From NCBI GenBank assembly GCA_035510735.1, contig DATKGN010000002.1, positions 125,118 to 189,117 of the forward strand: a DNA stretch of 64,000 bases, written 5' to 3'. Below the pieces are notes generated by a model. It saw only the letters and a list, made by a program, of their open reading frames with translations. It was not told the DNA's origin and did no database searches. Positions within the stretch are counted from its first letter, which is position 1. Each line of letters opens with the position of its first letter. This stretch comes from Patescibacteria group bacterium. GTDB lineage: Bacteria > Patescibacteriota > Microgenomatia > UBA10105 > UBA927. Position numbers and translations under genes: made by a program. Of this stretch, positions 41,694-52,846 are shown piece by piece.

Positions 41694-42488
41694 TTATACA
41701 TCGAATGGTTCAACTGTCAGCGATTCTTCACCATTCGGCTTACCAAGCTCTTTCCATGCCGAGAGTCCGCGTAAAAACAATTCCATAAACCGGTCGCGCC
41801 CTCCGGTGGACCCCGGAGCGAAGGCCAGCTCTCCTTCCATCACATCAAACGTGCCGTCTGAATACCACGCAGTACGCTTCATATGGCCCAGAGTGACGAG
41901 CACCGGTTGGCCTGATTTATAGTTATTCATTTCACTTTGCCGCATCGTTGTTTTGATATTTCCGTATCCGTCAACCCACGCCATTCTGCCCTTCGGAACG
42001 TCAGGAATTTCACTGATATTCAACGTATCCCCGATATATTTTTCTTCCCCAAGCGCAATCCCGACGACTGCCTCCGGGAAAAAATCCCGTGAACGGAACT
42101 GTGATCCTTTATTTACGACTTCCACTTTATATAACGCTTTCATCTCAGCTTTTATAAAAGAGAAACAATATCCGGCGTTCACCCCTACGACTTTCATCCC
42201 GTTTTTGAGAAGTGCGTACACAAGGCTTTCCCCCTCATTATCTTTACGGGATTCTTTGTTGTCTTTGCGGGGCGCGGTATTGGTATAAATAATCATGGCA
42301 GGCGATGGATTCACCAATGCGTACTGCGCAGTCCAAAAACCTGTTGCGATGGTATTAAATGACGGAACAGCTGTGGGATTTACATATACGCCGGGCCGAA
42401 GTATTTGTAATTTTTGAATAACTTCCCCAAATGCGGGGTCCCCGACTCCGTAATCCGTAATGAGCTGAATGAAGGTAAGCTCACTCAT
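41694..42488 (-). CDS. SAM hydroxide adenosyltransferase / SAM-dependent halogenase family (DUF62)
   Basis: ITDYG, QFRSRDFFP and WVDGYGNIKT motifs. Confidence 0.85.
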   Translation of the reverse strand: MSELTFIQLITDYGVGDPAFGEVIQKLQILRPGVYVNPTAVPSFNTIATGFWTAQYALVNPSPAMIIYTNTAPRKDNKESRKDNEGESLVYALLKNGMKVVGVNAGYCFSFIKAEMKALYKVEVVNKGSQFRSRDFFPEAVVGIALGEEKYIGDTLNISEIPDVPKGRMAWVDGYGNIKTTMRQSEMNNYKSGQPVLVTLGHMKRTAWYSDGTFDVMEGELAFAPGSTGGRDRFMELFLRGLSAWKELGKPNGEESLTVEPFDV

Positions 42489-42505
42489 GAACCGTATTGT
42501 ATCAG

Positions 42506-43804
<1,299 letters not shown>

Positions 43805-44356
43805 CTACACAAGAGGCAGGTACATAACTATTTGGCCAATATAGCTTCCTTTAAATAATATCGCTTCCGGTATAACACCCGTCTTCTTAAACCCGAGTGA
43901 CTCGTAGAGATGCAATCCGCAAACATTATTTTCAAAACAATGAAGCATAAGTAATCGTAATCCTAATTTTTTTGACTCGTCTATTAGAGTTTGAAATAAC
44001 ACTTTTCCTATACCCTCGCCTCTGTATTCTCCGGCAATAGAAATCCCCGGAATTCCGACGTGATGACTTCGGTATTTTTCTCTCGCAATACCTGCCATGC
44101 CGCAAACAGTTTTGTTAATTTCAACAATAATGGAAATCTCTTCATCCTTTTCTATATTCTTCAACCTATCATTTAAAAACGTCATTTCTTCGCGCCTAGT
44201 AATTGGTTTGCCGCTTATAAGGACGTACGTGTCTTCTGCGATAAGGTTATTGGCATAGGCAAGGATTTGATCAATGTCATCATGCATAGGAGTGCGCATA
44301 GTAATGACATTTCCCTTTTTACTTGTAAAAGTCTTAATGATTTCACCGGGTTTCAT
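43805..44356 (-). CDS. GNAT family acetyltransferase
   Basis: YRGEGIG motif A and N...LYESLGF. Confidence 0.9.
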   Translation of the reverse strand: MKPGEIIKTFTSKKGNVITMRTPMHDDIDQILAYANNLIAEDTYVLISGKPITRREEMTFLNDRLKNIEKDEEISIIVEINKTVCGMAGIAREKYRSHHVGIPGISIAGEYRGEGIGKVLFQTLIDESKKLGLRLLMLHCFENNVCGLHLYESLGFKKTGVIPEAILFKGSYIGQIVMYLPLV

Positions 44357-44455
44357 GGGTTACATTCAGTAATTATTATAACAGTCAAGGAACTCGAACC
44401 CCTCGCCCTTTATAATACCAGTACTCACACGTATCTGCTATAATTCTTTATAATT

Positions 44456-45403
44456 ATGCCGGAAGAAAATATACAATCACAAAAACTTGTTGCAGAGCAT
44501 GAAATAGCCGGTAAAAAACTGGACGAGCTAAAAAGAAATGGAGTTGCCCTTCTCGGTGCAGATTTCGACGGTACTGTATTTGATAGAACTGACCCACGGT
44601 ATAATCTTCAACAAGTTATCCAATTAGCTTATGATGTAACCAGTAAAAAAGCGGACTTTGCCTTAATTTCTGCCCGAAATACAACATTAGAACTCACGTT
44701 AAGACAGGAGGTAGTACAGTTTTGCAGAAAAAGAAATACCTCATTCTCCCTATGGAGATCAGGAGGAAATGGAATGAATTTAAGTAAGGTCACAAGTAGT
44801 CCTGAAGGAGTAAAAGTAGAACCCATCTACTCTCATTATTTGACTCTGGAGGATGCACAAAAGTCCCTGGAAGCTTACAGATCCTTGCATATCGACCCTG
44901 ATGTCCCATCACAAAAATTCTTTCAAACCTTTCTACAACAGGATATACCGGAAGACCTCGTACCAAAAAACTTTCTGGCATTAGCAAAACCATATGATGG
45001 TTTAGTTTTCGGGGAAGCCGTTAAAATCTCCTTTGTGTTACCTACCGCAATTAAGGACCAGGAAACATGCATCGAGTCTCTTAGAAAATCCCTTGAGCCG
45101 CATGGTTTAGTTGTTGGTTGGGCGAGAATGCCGTTTGCTGACATTAGCAAACAATCCGTCGTAGACGGGAAGTTATTCGCAATTCAACGTGTAATGGAAC
45201 AATTAGGAGTAGATGGTTCACACGTTGGTACATTTGGTGACGCCCCTAACGATAGTGATAAAGGATTAGTATGTCTTCCATACGGATTTACAAATCATCA
45301 AGAAGTTGAAAAAACCGATATCAATAGCCCGCCTTTTATACTTGACGTTAAAGATTCACCCGTCGGGACGGTTCATCAGGCTATACAGTTTCTGATACAA
45401 TGA
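44456..45403 (+). CDS. divergent HAD-superfamily hydrolase
   Basis: ADFDGT, ISAR, DGK and FGDAPND motifs. Confidence 0.75.
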   Translation: MPEENIQSQKLVAEHEIAGKKLDELKRNGVALLGADFDGTVFDRTDPRYNLQQVIQLAYDVTSKKADFALISARNTTLELTLRQEVVQFCRKRNTSFSLWRSGGNGMNLSKVTSSPEGVKVEPIYSHYLTLEDAQKSLEAYRSLHIDPDVPSQKFFQTFLQQDIPEDLVPKNFLALAKPYDGLVFGEAVKISFVLPTAIKDQETCIESLRKSLEPHGLVVGWARMPFADISKQSVVDGKLFAIQRVMEQLGVDGSHVGTFGDAPNDSDKGLVCLPYGFTNHQEVEKTDINSPPFILDVKDSPVGTVHQAIQFLIQ

Positions 45404-45407
45404 ATTC

Positions 45408-45761
45408 ATGAAGAAACTCACCGCACAGGATGCATACACGAATAACACTGAAGCACAGGATGCTTGGTATTATCAGCTTCCTGAGATAAATGGCGGTACA
45501 TCAGTCATTTACTCGGAGGTTACAGGGGACCACGGTCAGAGAGTCATTGGTCCACATCCTCGTATTTACTATATATTTGAGGGAGAGGGAGAATTTACAA
45601 TAAATGGAGAAACGACTATCGGGAAACCAAAAGATGTCATTGTTATTCCCCCGCTTGCCACCTATACCTATCATGCGACCAAACCCGTGCTCAAACTTCT
45701 GCTCGTTATGGATTTAATTGATCTGACCAAACTCCCTCCAAAAAAACCAGTCAAGAAATAA
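45408..45761 (+). CDS. cupin domain protein
   Basis: IYYIFEGEGEFTING...DVIVIPP pattern. Confidence 0.85.
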   Translation: MKKLTAQDAYTNNTEAQDAWYYQLPEINGGTSVIYSEVTGDHGQRVIGPHPRIYYIFEGEGEFTINGETTIGKPKDVIVIPPLATYTYHATKPVLKLLLVMDLIDLTKLPPKKPVKK

Positions 45762-45769
45762 AGAAGACT

Positions 45770-46720
45770 TTACAGCTTTATCGTCGTTCCGAAATTCTCT
45801 TTATACCGTGCGATAAATTCTTTTTTTGTAAAATCATGAGTTTGCGTGCCGTATTTCTCGACCGTATAGACAGCGGCTACCGATCCCATCTGTCCGCACA
45901 CGGGAAGATCATACCCCCGTAAGTAACCGGCAACAAATCCTGCGCGATACGCGTCCCCGGCGCCGGTCGGGTCACTGATATTTTTTGGCGTTGCGGGTTT
46001 AATATGCATAGCATCATGGCGTGTCTCAATGATTGATCCTTTGGCTCCGAGCGTCGTCACAAGCACCGGCACCAAAAGGATAAGTTCCTCGTGACTGATT
46101 CCTATCTTTTCCTCAATAAGGGCGATTTCATAATCATTGCCGATAAGGATCTTTGCGTGTTCAATGCCGCGCTTCAATTCATCGGCAGAAAAATTGGCGA
46201 CTTGAAATGCCGGATCGTACATGTAGGGAAAGTTTTTCTGTGCGCATTCGAGGACGTATGTATTCATGGCTGAGGGTTCCGTCGCCGACAGGACAACGAA
46301 GGATTGCTTCGGCACTTTGGATATTGTCAGGTTTTTTGCAAACTTTGTAGCTCCTAAATAAAACGAACCGATCTGATTATCATCGCTATCCGTCATAACG
46401 AAATACGAGCTGGTTGAGACGTGATTGTGGAGGGAAATATATTTCGTTGATATCTTATGCTTCTTCAAGTGACGCTCATACAACTCGAAGTCTTTCCGGC
46501 CCGCAGGCGCTAGAACCCATGGCACGACTCCTAATATATTGAGCGTATAGGCAATGTTGCCTGCGGTACCGCCGAATTGTTTATGGAGGCGGTCGACAAG
46601 AAAACTCAGCGAAAGGCTATGGATTTTATCCGCCATGATGCGGTCTCCAAACCGGCCGCTGAAATCCATGATGTAATCGAAGCTGATCGTTCCGGTGACA
46701 ACGACGTGAATGGGCGGCAT
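45770..46720 (-). CDS. PfkB-family kinase, adenosine kinase-like
   Basis: GTISFDYIM, SLSFLV, GGTAGNI, NDYE and DPTGAGDAYRAG motifs. Confidence 0.9.
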   Translation of the reverse strand: MPPIHVVVTGTISFDYIMDFSGRFGDRIMADKIHSLSLSFLVDRLHKQFGGTAGNIAYTLNILGVVPWVLAPAGRKDFELYERHLKKHKISTKYISLHNHVSTSSYFVMTDSDDNQIGSFYLGATKFAKNLTISKVPKQSFVVLSATEPSAMNTYVLECAQKNFPYMYDPAFQVANFSADELKRGIEHAKILIGNDYEIALIEEKIGISHEELILLVPVLVTTLGAKGSIIETRHDAMHIKPATPKNISDPTGAGDAYRAGFVAGYLRGYDLPVCGQMGSVAAVYTVEKYGTQTHDFTKKEFIARYKENFGTTIKL

Positions 46721-46721
46721 G

Positions 46722-46988
46722 TTACTGTCCCATCGACTTTGAAAGTTCGGCAAGCTTGCCTGCGGCAGCTTGTTGCGAACGTTTGATAGCATCGTTAATT
46801 GCCTTAACCATATCCGGCTGATACACGCCGTCTACCTCAACGGTTTTGACGTTCTGATTGCCGGTAATGACAATACGGACATTCCCCGTAATGACCTCAA
46901 ATTCTTCTTTCTCAAGCGCCTGCTGGATTGCCATCGCCTGTTTCCGCATGGCATTCATGTCGCCTAATGCCTTAAATGGATTCATCAT
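46722..46988 (-). CDS. ybaB: YbaB/EbfC nucleoid-associated protein
   Basis: Size, sequence pattern and position downstream of dnaX. Confidence 0.85.
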   Translation of the reverse strand: MMNPFKALGDMNAMRKQAMAIQQALEKEEFEVITGNVRIVITGNQNVKTVEVDGVYQPDMVKAINDAIKRSQQAAAGKLAELSKSMGQ

Positions 46989-47004
46989 ATAACCCCTTTC
47001 TTTT

Positions 47005-47110
47005 TAAATCCAAAATCCAAATTTCTAAATCCAAAATACTATCAAATGTCTCAAATTTCAATTTTCAAAACATTTTGAATTTATTTTGATTTTTGGATTT
47101 TGTGCTTAAA
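47005..47110. repeat. degenerate AT-rich short tandem repeats forming an inverted pair
   Basis: aaatcca/aatttct units followed by tttgaat/ttggatt units. Confidence 0.65.
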
Positions 47111-47112
47111 TA

Positions 47113-48543
47113 TTACTTTTTACCTAATACTACATCCACCTTCACCTTTTCCCCGAATAATTTATTCAGAACGTTCCCTATCACTTCCCTGGTCTTCACT
47201 TCCGATAATTTATCCTTATGAAATGTATAAAACGCCTCGATAGTCACTATACCACCTGCGACGGACTTCGGTCTAGTGGAACGCATTACGCCTGCGACCG
47301 AATGATTAAACGGCTTAAGTTCCGCTATCACATCGCCCCAATGGTCCGTGAGCTTCTCAAGCGTGAGCAATCCCGTGGACTCTTCACCTGCCGGTTGTAC
47401 CGCAACGCGTACACTCTTCTCTATAGTCGGCGCGATGCCAACAGTTGACCCGAAAGTTTTGAAAGAAACAGAGTCAGTCACCCCTTCATTTTTTGATACA
47501 GTCCCGGTTTGTCTCTTTTCCATGTCGCAATATTCGACGACCGCAAGTTCAAGAGGAAGCTCAGAAATCGGCGCCCCTTTTATCTCCGTATATGCCTGTG
47601 AAAGTTTGTGAATGATCTGCGTCAAATCTTCCCGCGTCCAGCCGCCGGGCGAGCTCCCCCGAACTTGTGCAATAAGAGTTTTTTCAAGCGAAGACAGGCA
47701 ATCAACGACAAACATCTTGATATCTTTCCCTTCTTTTGCCAACTGTTGTATAACCACAAGCGATTCTGTTGTTTTTTTTGCGCGAAGAGACGTAAGGAAT
47801 AATTCTTTTATTTTCTCCTCACTTAAGGCAAGTATTGACCGGACTACTTCGGCATTGATTTTCCCCTTATGAAAACTCACCTGTTCGAGATATTTAACCG
47901 CATCCCGGAATGCTCCGTCGACACTGCTCGCGATGATCGTCAACGCTTCATCATCAATCTGAATTTTTTCCTTCACTACAATTCGTTTGAGCGCGTTGGT
48001 AAGCTCTTCAGTTGATGCTTTCGAAAAAACGAAAGAAACACAGCGTGATTTTATCGTCACCGGTACTTTCTGGGAATCGGTCGTTGCGAGCACAAATACG
48101 GCGTGGGCGGGCGGCTCCTCAAGCGTTTTAAGAAGCGCATTAAACGCTTCAGTCGTCAACATGTGTACTTCGTCGATAATGTAAATTTTATACGCGCCTG
48201 AGGACGGCGTCAGATTAATTCCGTCGCGAAGCGTTCTCATTTCATCAATCCCTCGGTTACTTGCAGCATCGATCTCAAGAATATCCAAATCCCGGCCCTC
48301 AGAGATGGAAACGCATGCCTCACACAAACCGCAGGGGCCCGACTTCGTGGGTTTCTGGCAATTAAATAATTTTGCTATAATCCGTGCGGCCGTTGTTTTT
48401 CCGGCGCCTCTGGGGCCACTGAAAAGAAACGCGTGAGGCAGATCTTTTTTGGGTTTTTCAAGAAGCCGAAGGAGGGCGTCCCGCACGGAAACATTATCGA
48501 TTTCATCGATAACCTGCGGACGATAAATACGATAGAACGACAT
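47113..48543 (-). CDS. dnaX: DNA polymerase III gamma/tau subunit
   Basis: YRP, GPRGAGKT, zinc module, EIDAASNRG, IIDEVHML, LLKTLEEPP and SRC motifs. Confidence 0.96.
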   Translation of the reverse strand: MSFYRIYRPQVIDEIDNVSVRDALLRLLEKPKKDLPHAFLFSGPRGAGKTTAARIIAKLFNCQKPTKSGPCGLCEACVSISEGRDLDILEIDAASNRGIDEMRTLRDGINLTPSSGAYKIYIIDEVHMLTTEAFNALLKTLEEPPAHAVFVLATTDSQKVPVTIKSRCVSFVFSKASTEELTNALKRIVVKEKIQIDDEALTIIASSVDGAFRDAVKYLEQVSFHKGKINAEVVRSILALSEEKIKELFLTSLRAKKTTESLVVIQQLAKEGKDIKMFVVDCLSSLEKTLIAQVRGSSPGGWTREDLTQIIHKLSQAYTEIKGAPISELPLELAVVEYCDMEKRQTGTVSKNEGVTDSVSFKTFGSTVGIAPTIEKSVRVAVQPAGEESTGLLTLEKLTDHWGDVIAELKPFNHSVAGVMRSTRPKSVAGGIVTIEAFYTFHKDKLSEVKTREVIGNVLNKLFGEKVKVDVVLGKK

Positions 48544-48553
48544 AATATTGTTG

Positions 48554-48636
48554 TGTCATTGCGAGTCCGTTCAAACGGCGAAGCAATCTTTTTTGTTAAA
48601 GATTGCCGCGCCTCGAAGACTCGGCTCGCAATGACA
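48554..48636. repeat. GTCATTGCGAG-family palindromic repeat, copy 3
   Basis: tgtcattgcgag...cgaagcaatct...agattgccgcg-ctcgaagactcg-ctcgcaatgaca. Confidence 0.85.
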
Positions 48637-48645
48637 AGTGCATTT

Positions 48646-49044
48646 TCATTCCGGGTGGTGTATCCCCAATAAATGATTTAACCCGTGAAGCACCAAAAAT
48701 ACGATCTGATCATCGACCATTTTATTTTCCTCGGCGGCTTCAGAAACCGCCTGGGGAAATGAAACAATGATATCACCGAGCCGGAGTACGCCATCTGGAG
48801 TCTCAACAAATTGTGTCTCAGGTTTATCGCTCGGATCGTTGAGGGGAAATGAAAGCACATCAGTGGTGTCGTCGATATTTCTATACTGTTTATTAAGTCC
48901 GTGCATGCGACGGTCGCCGACGATGGTGACGCTAACCTCGGCCGGACCCTTTATTTTGCCCCCCAACTCGATGATGATGGAATCGATCACTTTTTTCCGG
49001 TCCACCGGAAAATGGGATTCTGTCTGGAATAACACGGTAATCAT
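48646..49044 (-). CDS. ybeY: rRNA maturation RNase YbeY
   Basis: LNKQYR...TDVLSF, LGDI and HGLNHLLGIHH motifs. Confidence 0.93.
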   Translation of the reverse strand: MITVLFQTESHFPVDRKKVIDSIIIELGGKIKGPAEVSVTIVGDRRMHGLNKQYRNIDDTTDVLSFPLNDPSDKPETQFVETPDGVLRLGDIIVSFPQAVSEAAEENKMVDDQIVFLVLHGLNHLLGIHHPE

Positions 49045-49073
49045 AAACAATTGAACAATACAACAATCCGGGA

Positions 49074-49523
49074 TTATTTGGAAGAGAGTAATTGCGTGAG
49101 CATCGCCGAAACCCGCCCGCCGTCCGCTTTGCCTTTGAGTTCACCCATTGCCATTTTCATAAGGAGTCCGAAATTCTTCTCCCCGCTTGCCGCAATAGGC
49201 GTAAGGATAGTCCTAAGTTCATCGTCTGACATCTCCTTCGGAGCAAATTCAGAAAGGATGGTGAGTTCATCCTTTTCTTTTTTGACAAGCTCCGCTCGGC
49301 CCGCATTCCCAAAAGCAGTGATGGATTCGTTATGCGCCTTTATTTGTTTTTTAACTCCGTCCGCGATATCTGCTTCCGTCAGCGACGTTTCCCATGCTGC
49401 TCCGTATTTGGCAATCGCAGCGTTGCGAATGGCGGCCATGAGCATCCGGAGCGTGCTCACCCGTTCAGCTTTCCCAGCCTTAAGGGAACTATTGAGATCC
49501 GCCTGTAGTTGAGCAATCGTCAT
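49074..49523 (-). CDS. GatB/YqeY domain protein
   Basis: TLRMLMAAI...GRAEL..KE..EL...GKADG pattern. Confidence 0.9.
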   Translation of the reverse strand: MTIAQLQADLNSSLKAGKAERVSTLRMLMAAIRNAAIAKYGAAWETSLTEADIADGVKKQIKAHNESITAFGNAGRAELVKKEKDELTILSEFAPKEMSDDELRTILTPIAASGEKNFGLLMKMAMGELKGKADGGRVSAMLTQLLSSK

Positions 49524-49531
49524 ATCTTTTC

Positions 49532-49631
49532 TTGTCATTGCGAGGATCCCGAGCGTAGTCGAGGGAGACGCGGCAGTCCCATAAATTATTTAGAGATTGC
49601 TTCATCTCGCACACTCGATTCGCAATGACAA
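49532..49631. repeat. GTCATTGCGAG-family palindromic repeat, copy 4, with nested element
   Basis: ttgtcattgcga...[cccgagcgtagtcgaggga]...agattgcttc...tcgcaatgacaa. Confidence 0.85.
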
Positions 49632-49636
49632 CTGGG

Positions 49637-49825
49637 CTATCCTCTGTTTGGATGTCGAAGTCTGCGCGCTAGTTCGCGTTTTTTCTCCTTACGGACTTCC
49701 GCTGGCTTCTGATAAAATTCACGTTTCTTGAGATCCTGTAAAATTCCCTCGGCGAGAACTTTGCGGGTAAATTTTCGGATCAATGAATCGGATGAATCTC
49801 CTGGTTGTGCTTTAACAAATACCAT
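49637..49825 (-). CDS. rpsU: 30S ribosomal protein S21
   Basis: LIRKFTRKV...KKREFYQKP motif. Confidence 0.92.
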   Translation of the reverse strand: MVFVKAQPGDSSDSLIRKFTRKVLAEGILQDLKKREFYQKPAEVRKEKKRELARRLRHPNRG

Positions 49826-49845
49826 AAAAACAAACACCCCCTCTT

Positions 49846-49982
49846 AGAAACACTTAGCGAATATGAGTGAGCTTAGTGTTTCTTAGACCCGCCGATTACG
49901 CGCTCTTTGGGACGTGTACGAATAGTACTGAAAAGTCCCAAAGGAAGCGTAGGCGGGCTTACTTTCCTCCGTTATTATACCA
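49846..49982 (-). promoter_or_regulatory. rpsU promoter and structured 5' leader
   Basis: TGGTATAAT at 49974-49982 (-); hairpins at 49888-49957 and 49846-49883. Confidence 0.6.
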
Positions 49983-49986
49983 CGAT

Positions 49987-50310
49987 TTACAGATTTCGAT
50001 GTTTATCAATTGACCCTATGATATGGATGTGGACATGGCGTATTAATTCGGCTCCTCCGCCGTTATTCACGATGCGGTAGTTTTTTATCCCATGATCATG
50101 AATCATTTGTCCAACAACCTTCATCGACGTTGCAATTTCAGATGAGGAAAGTGCCGTAAAATCGGCTATATGAGCCTTCGGGATTACTAACAGATGGACG
50201 GGAGCCTGCGGGTGGATATCCTTTATGACAATTGTATCTGTGTCCTCAAATATGAGCGTCCGGGGTAGCTTCCCCGCTATAACGTCACAAAATACACATG
50301 TATCCGGCAT
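49987..50310 (-). CDS. HIT family protein
   Basis: CVFC, DIHPQAPVHLLVIPK and HVHIH motifs. Confidence 0.93.
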   Translation of the reverse strand: MPDTCVFCDVIAGKLPRTLIFEDTDTIVIKDIHPQAPVHLLVIPKAHIADFTALSSSEIATSMKVVGQMIHDHGIKNYRIVNNGGGAELIRHVHIHIIGSIDKHRNL

Positions 50311-50345
50311 ATGAGCCATGAACTATGAGCTATGAACCATGAACG
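50311..50345. repeat. 5 x 7-nt tandem repeat (ATGARCY-like)
   Basis: atgagcc atgaact atgagct atgaacc atgaacg. Confidence 0.8.
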
Positions 50346-50349
50346 AAAA

Positions 50350-50832
50350 TCATAATTTATAGCCGATCGTTCGCAAAAATTCTTTCCTCTTTTTTTCTTC
50401 TACTTTCGATTCCGTGCCTTTGGGCGTCCCGCCGTCAATAACACCCAAAACTCCCCTCCCTAGTTTTGTTTCAGCGACAATGACCTCCGTAGGATTTGCG
50501 GTCGCACAAAATATCGTGACGACCTCAGAAACATTTTTAATGGCAGAGAGAACATTAATCGGAAACGCATTTTCAAGGAAAATGAAAAATGTGTGCCCGG
50601 CGGCTACAGTGAGGGCATTTTTCGCGGCCAAATCAATCATCGCTTTATCCGTTCCGCTTGTTCGCACGAGCTGTGGGCCCGATGCTTCACAAAAAGCCAA
50701 TCCGAACTTAATGCCCGGAACACTTTCGGCCAAGGTCTCATGAAGATCTTCAACGGTTTTGATGAAATGTGACTGACCAAAAATAAAGTTTTTGGCCTCA
50801 GGATTGTGAACAGCAATATTTTTAATATCCAT
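50350..50832 (-). CDS. adenosine-specific kinase family (DUF355)
   Basis: GQSHFIKTVEDL, FGLAFCEASG, CATANP and GRGVLGVIDG motifs. Confidence 0.9.
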   Translation of the reverse strand: MDIKNIAVHNPEAKNFIFGQSHFIKTVEDLHETLAESVPGIKFGLAFCEASGPQLVRTSGTDKAMIDLAAKNALTVAAGHTFFIFLENAFPINVLSAIKNVSEVVTIFCATANPTEVIVAETKLGRGVLGVIDGGTPKGTESKVEEKKRKEFLRTIGYKL

Positions 50833-50885
50833 ACATTCCCTCCCTATAAACACTATCGTATTATCATGTTAACATGTTAATATAC

Positions 50886-51716
50886 TTACTTTATGTTTGT
50901 TATGACATCGATAACTTGTTGTAGTGTTTTTTTTGTGGCCCTCATATCCGGGTTTTTCGAACTTCCGTTTAAGACCATGTGATGGCTTGCGTGGAGGAAC
51001 CATGTGGCCTCCGGCTCCTGCGCTTTGAGAATATCGTAGACAGGTGTGAGATCAATCTCTTTTTTCGGAAATGCTTTCACACGAAGATATCCTTTTTTCG
51101 GATCCTTGCGGATGGCGATCATATATCCCATTTTTTGAGCGAGATGGACGACATCATCGTTAGGGGTCACGACGCCAATACCTTTCCCCCACTTCGTGGT
51201 AAATTCAACGCCTTTTTCCTTTAACTCCTTTTCCGCCCATACTTTATTCTGCAGTGATTTGTAAATACCATCGAGCGCATTCATTCCGAGATCGACAATT
51301 TTAATGGGATTGTCGGCGTAAAGAAGGCGCCACCCATCAATCTGGGCGACAAGTCCGAATTCCCAAAAATCCGCAGTCGGATTGGGAAAATACACTTCGC
51401 GGAAATGGTCAACATCGTTGACGATGGCAATAAGCCGCTCAAGGGCCGCGTCCGCTCCGCGCATCCTTTTGATCTCTTCGTAGATAAGTGTGGAGGCACA
51501 GATGTCTGCATCCGTCTGATGGTGGTCAAATTTCCCGAATCCGGTGTCCACATGAAGAATCTCTTCATCATCGTCAGGTGGAAGTTTCCCAAGCGTTGTC
51601 CCAGCAGGCACAAACGCATACGCCGCTTCTTCCCAACCCACGAGAAATGTTTTCACAAGCCAGACGCTCGTGACGGCATCGCAGTCAGGACCGATATGGG
51701 TGACAATCGTTTTCAT
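50886..51716 (-). CDS. DHH/MYG1-like metal-dependent hydrolase
   Basis: IVTH..PD.D, HVDTG..FDHHQ motifs. Confidence 0.7.
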   Translation of the reverse strand: MKTIVTHIGPDCDAVTSVWLVKTFLVGWEEAAYAFVPAGTTLGKLPPDDDEEILHVDTGFGKFDHHQTDADICASTLIYEEIKRMRGADAALERLIAIVNDVDHFREVYFPNPTADFWEFGLVAQIDGWRLLYADNPIKIVDLGMNALDGIYKSLQNKVWAEKELKEKGVEFTTKWGKGIGVVTPNDDVVHLAQKMGYMIAIRKDPKKGYLRVKAFPKKEIDLTPVYDILKAQEPEATWFLHASHHMVLNGSSKNPDMRATKKTLQQVIDVITNIK

Positions 51717-51814
51717 AGAATTTGAGTATAGTCTAATAGCTATGCTTCCTCAATAGGTTTGCGTTTTGCCCGTCTGCATGCTATATTCAAGCGCTCTTAA
51801 AAAAGATCATACAT

Positions 51815-52240
51815 ATGCCATCAACACTAGCCGAACTCGCACGAGAGGCACAGCAAAGTACGCTTATCCTTCAAGAAAATGAAACGGTTCTCATTTCCCA
51901 ACTTTATAAGAATACCGAAAAAATGTTAGGCAAGGCTTACGCTTCCGCGTTTAATCTCCCCGGTGATACGTGTGCAAATATAACAATACATGAAGACTCC
52001 GAACATCCGGAACAAATTAATATCAAATTATCTGCCGGCGATATTATCCAAACCGGAGATCTACTTCATCATTATCAGCTTACCGAAAGCAACCTCACAG
52101 AAAACCAGCTCGAATCAGATTTTTCCATGCATCGCGAACCGTTCTCCCGTGAACAGGCTCTGAAATTACTGAGTGAAGTTATTGAACTCGGTAACAAGAA
52201 ACTGCACCCCGAAAAAAAGAAATTGAATTCTTCACATTGA
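51815..52240 (+). CDS. hypothetical protein
   Basis: 141-aa ORF with no motif. Confidence 0.6.
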   Translation: MPSTLAELAREAQQSTLILQENETVLISQLYKNTEKMLGKAYASAFNLPGDTCANITIHEDSEHPEQINIKLSAGDIIQTGDLLHHYQLTESNLTENQLESDFSMHREPFSREQALKLLSEVIELGNKKLHPEKKKLNSSH

Positions 52241-52307
52241 GATCAATACGCCCGGGCGAAGACCTAATAGCTTCTAGTGCACGCTGACTGAACTGGGATC
52301 GTTTGTT

Positions 52308-52826
52308 TCATACCTTTATGTATTTCCCATTTCTTGATAATTTACCATGGCGTATTTCATTGAGATACCGAATTAACTCATCATCATCTGATAATTCTAA
52401 AAACTTTTTAAACTGAATGGAAACCGCACAAAATTTAGTAAATTTGCTTCCGGTTACTAATTCTTTATGACCATGGTAGGAGAATAATTTTTCTACAGCG
52501 GATGCAAACCTATCATTTGTGTTAAATATGAGTTGTGTGTCATCTGTTAGGGTAAACCAGTCCGGAATATTGGATCCATTCCGGTATGTTTCATGGAGCG
52601 ATCCCAGTCCAATCCGAAACATGCCCGCATATAACGCCGCTGTTGGTAAATCCTGAGAGGAAGTAATGCTGTCTGCTGGCACAAAGTTCCCACGACAATT
52701 ACTATCTAAGTGGTTAAACCGAAAAAATAGACCCGTATTGCCGACTTCATAAACAGGACTATCTTTGGTAGTATAGCGAATACTATCGGTAACTTTTGCC
52801 AACCTGTCCAAAAAATTTTCACGCAT
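52308..52826 (-). CDS. hypothetical protein
   Basis: 172-aa ORF just downstream of proS. Confidence 0.6.
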   Translation of the reverse strand: MRENFLDRLAKVTDSIRYTTKDSPVYEVGNTGLFFRFNHLDSNCRGNFVPADSITSSQDLPTAALYAGMFRIGLGSLHETYRNGSNIPDWFTLTDDTQLIFNTNDRFASAVEKLFSYHGHKELVTGSKFTKFCAVSIQFKKFLELSDDDELIRYLNEIRHGKLSRNGKYIKV

Positions 52827-52846
52827 TAAAAATTACTCGTTCAAAA

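Noticed and set aside
44385-44410. tRNA gene
   Set aside because: Only a T-arm-like word is present; no acceptor, D or anticodon arms
47765-47785. A8 run in dnaX as a gamma/tau frameshift site
   Set aside because: It lies too early in the gene, near the start of domain III, to yield a functional gamma subunit
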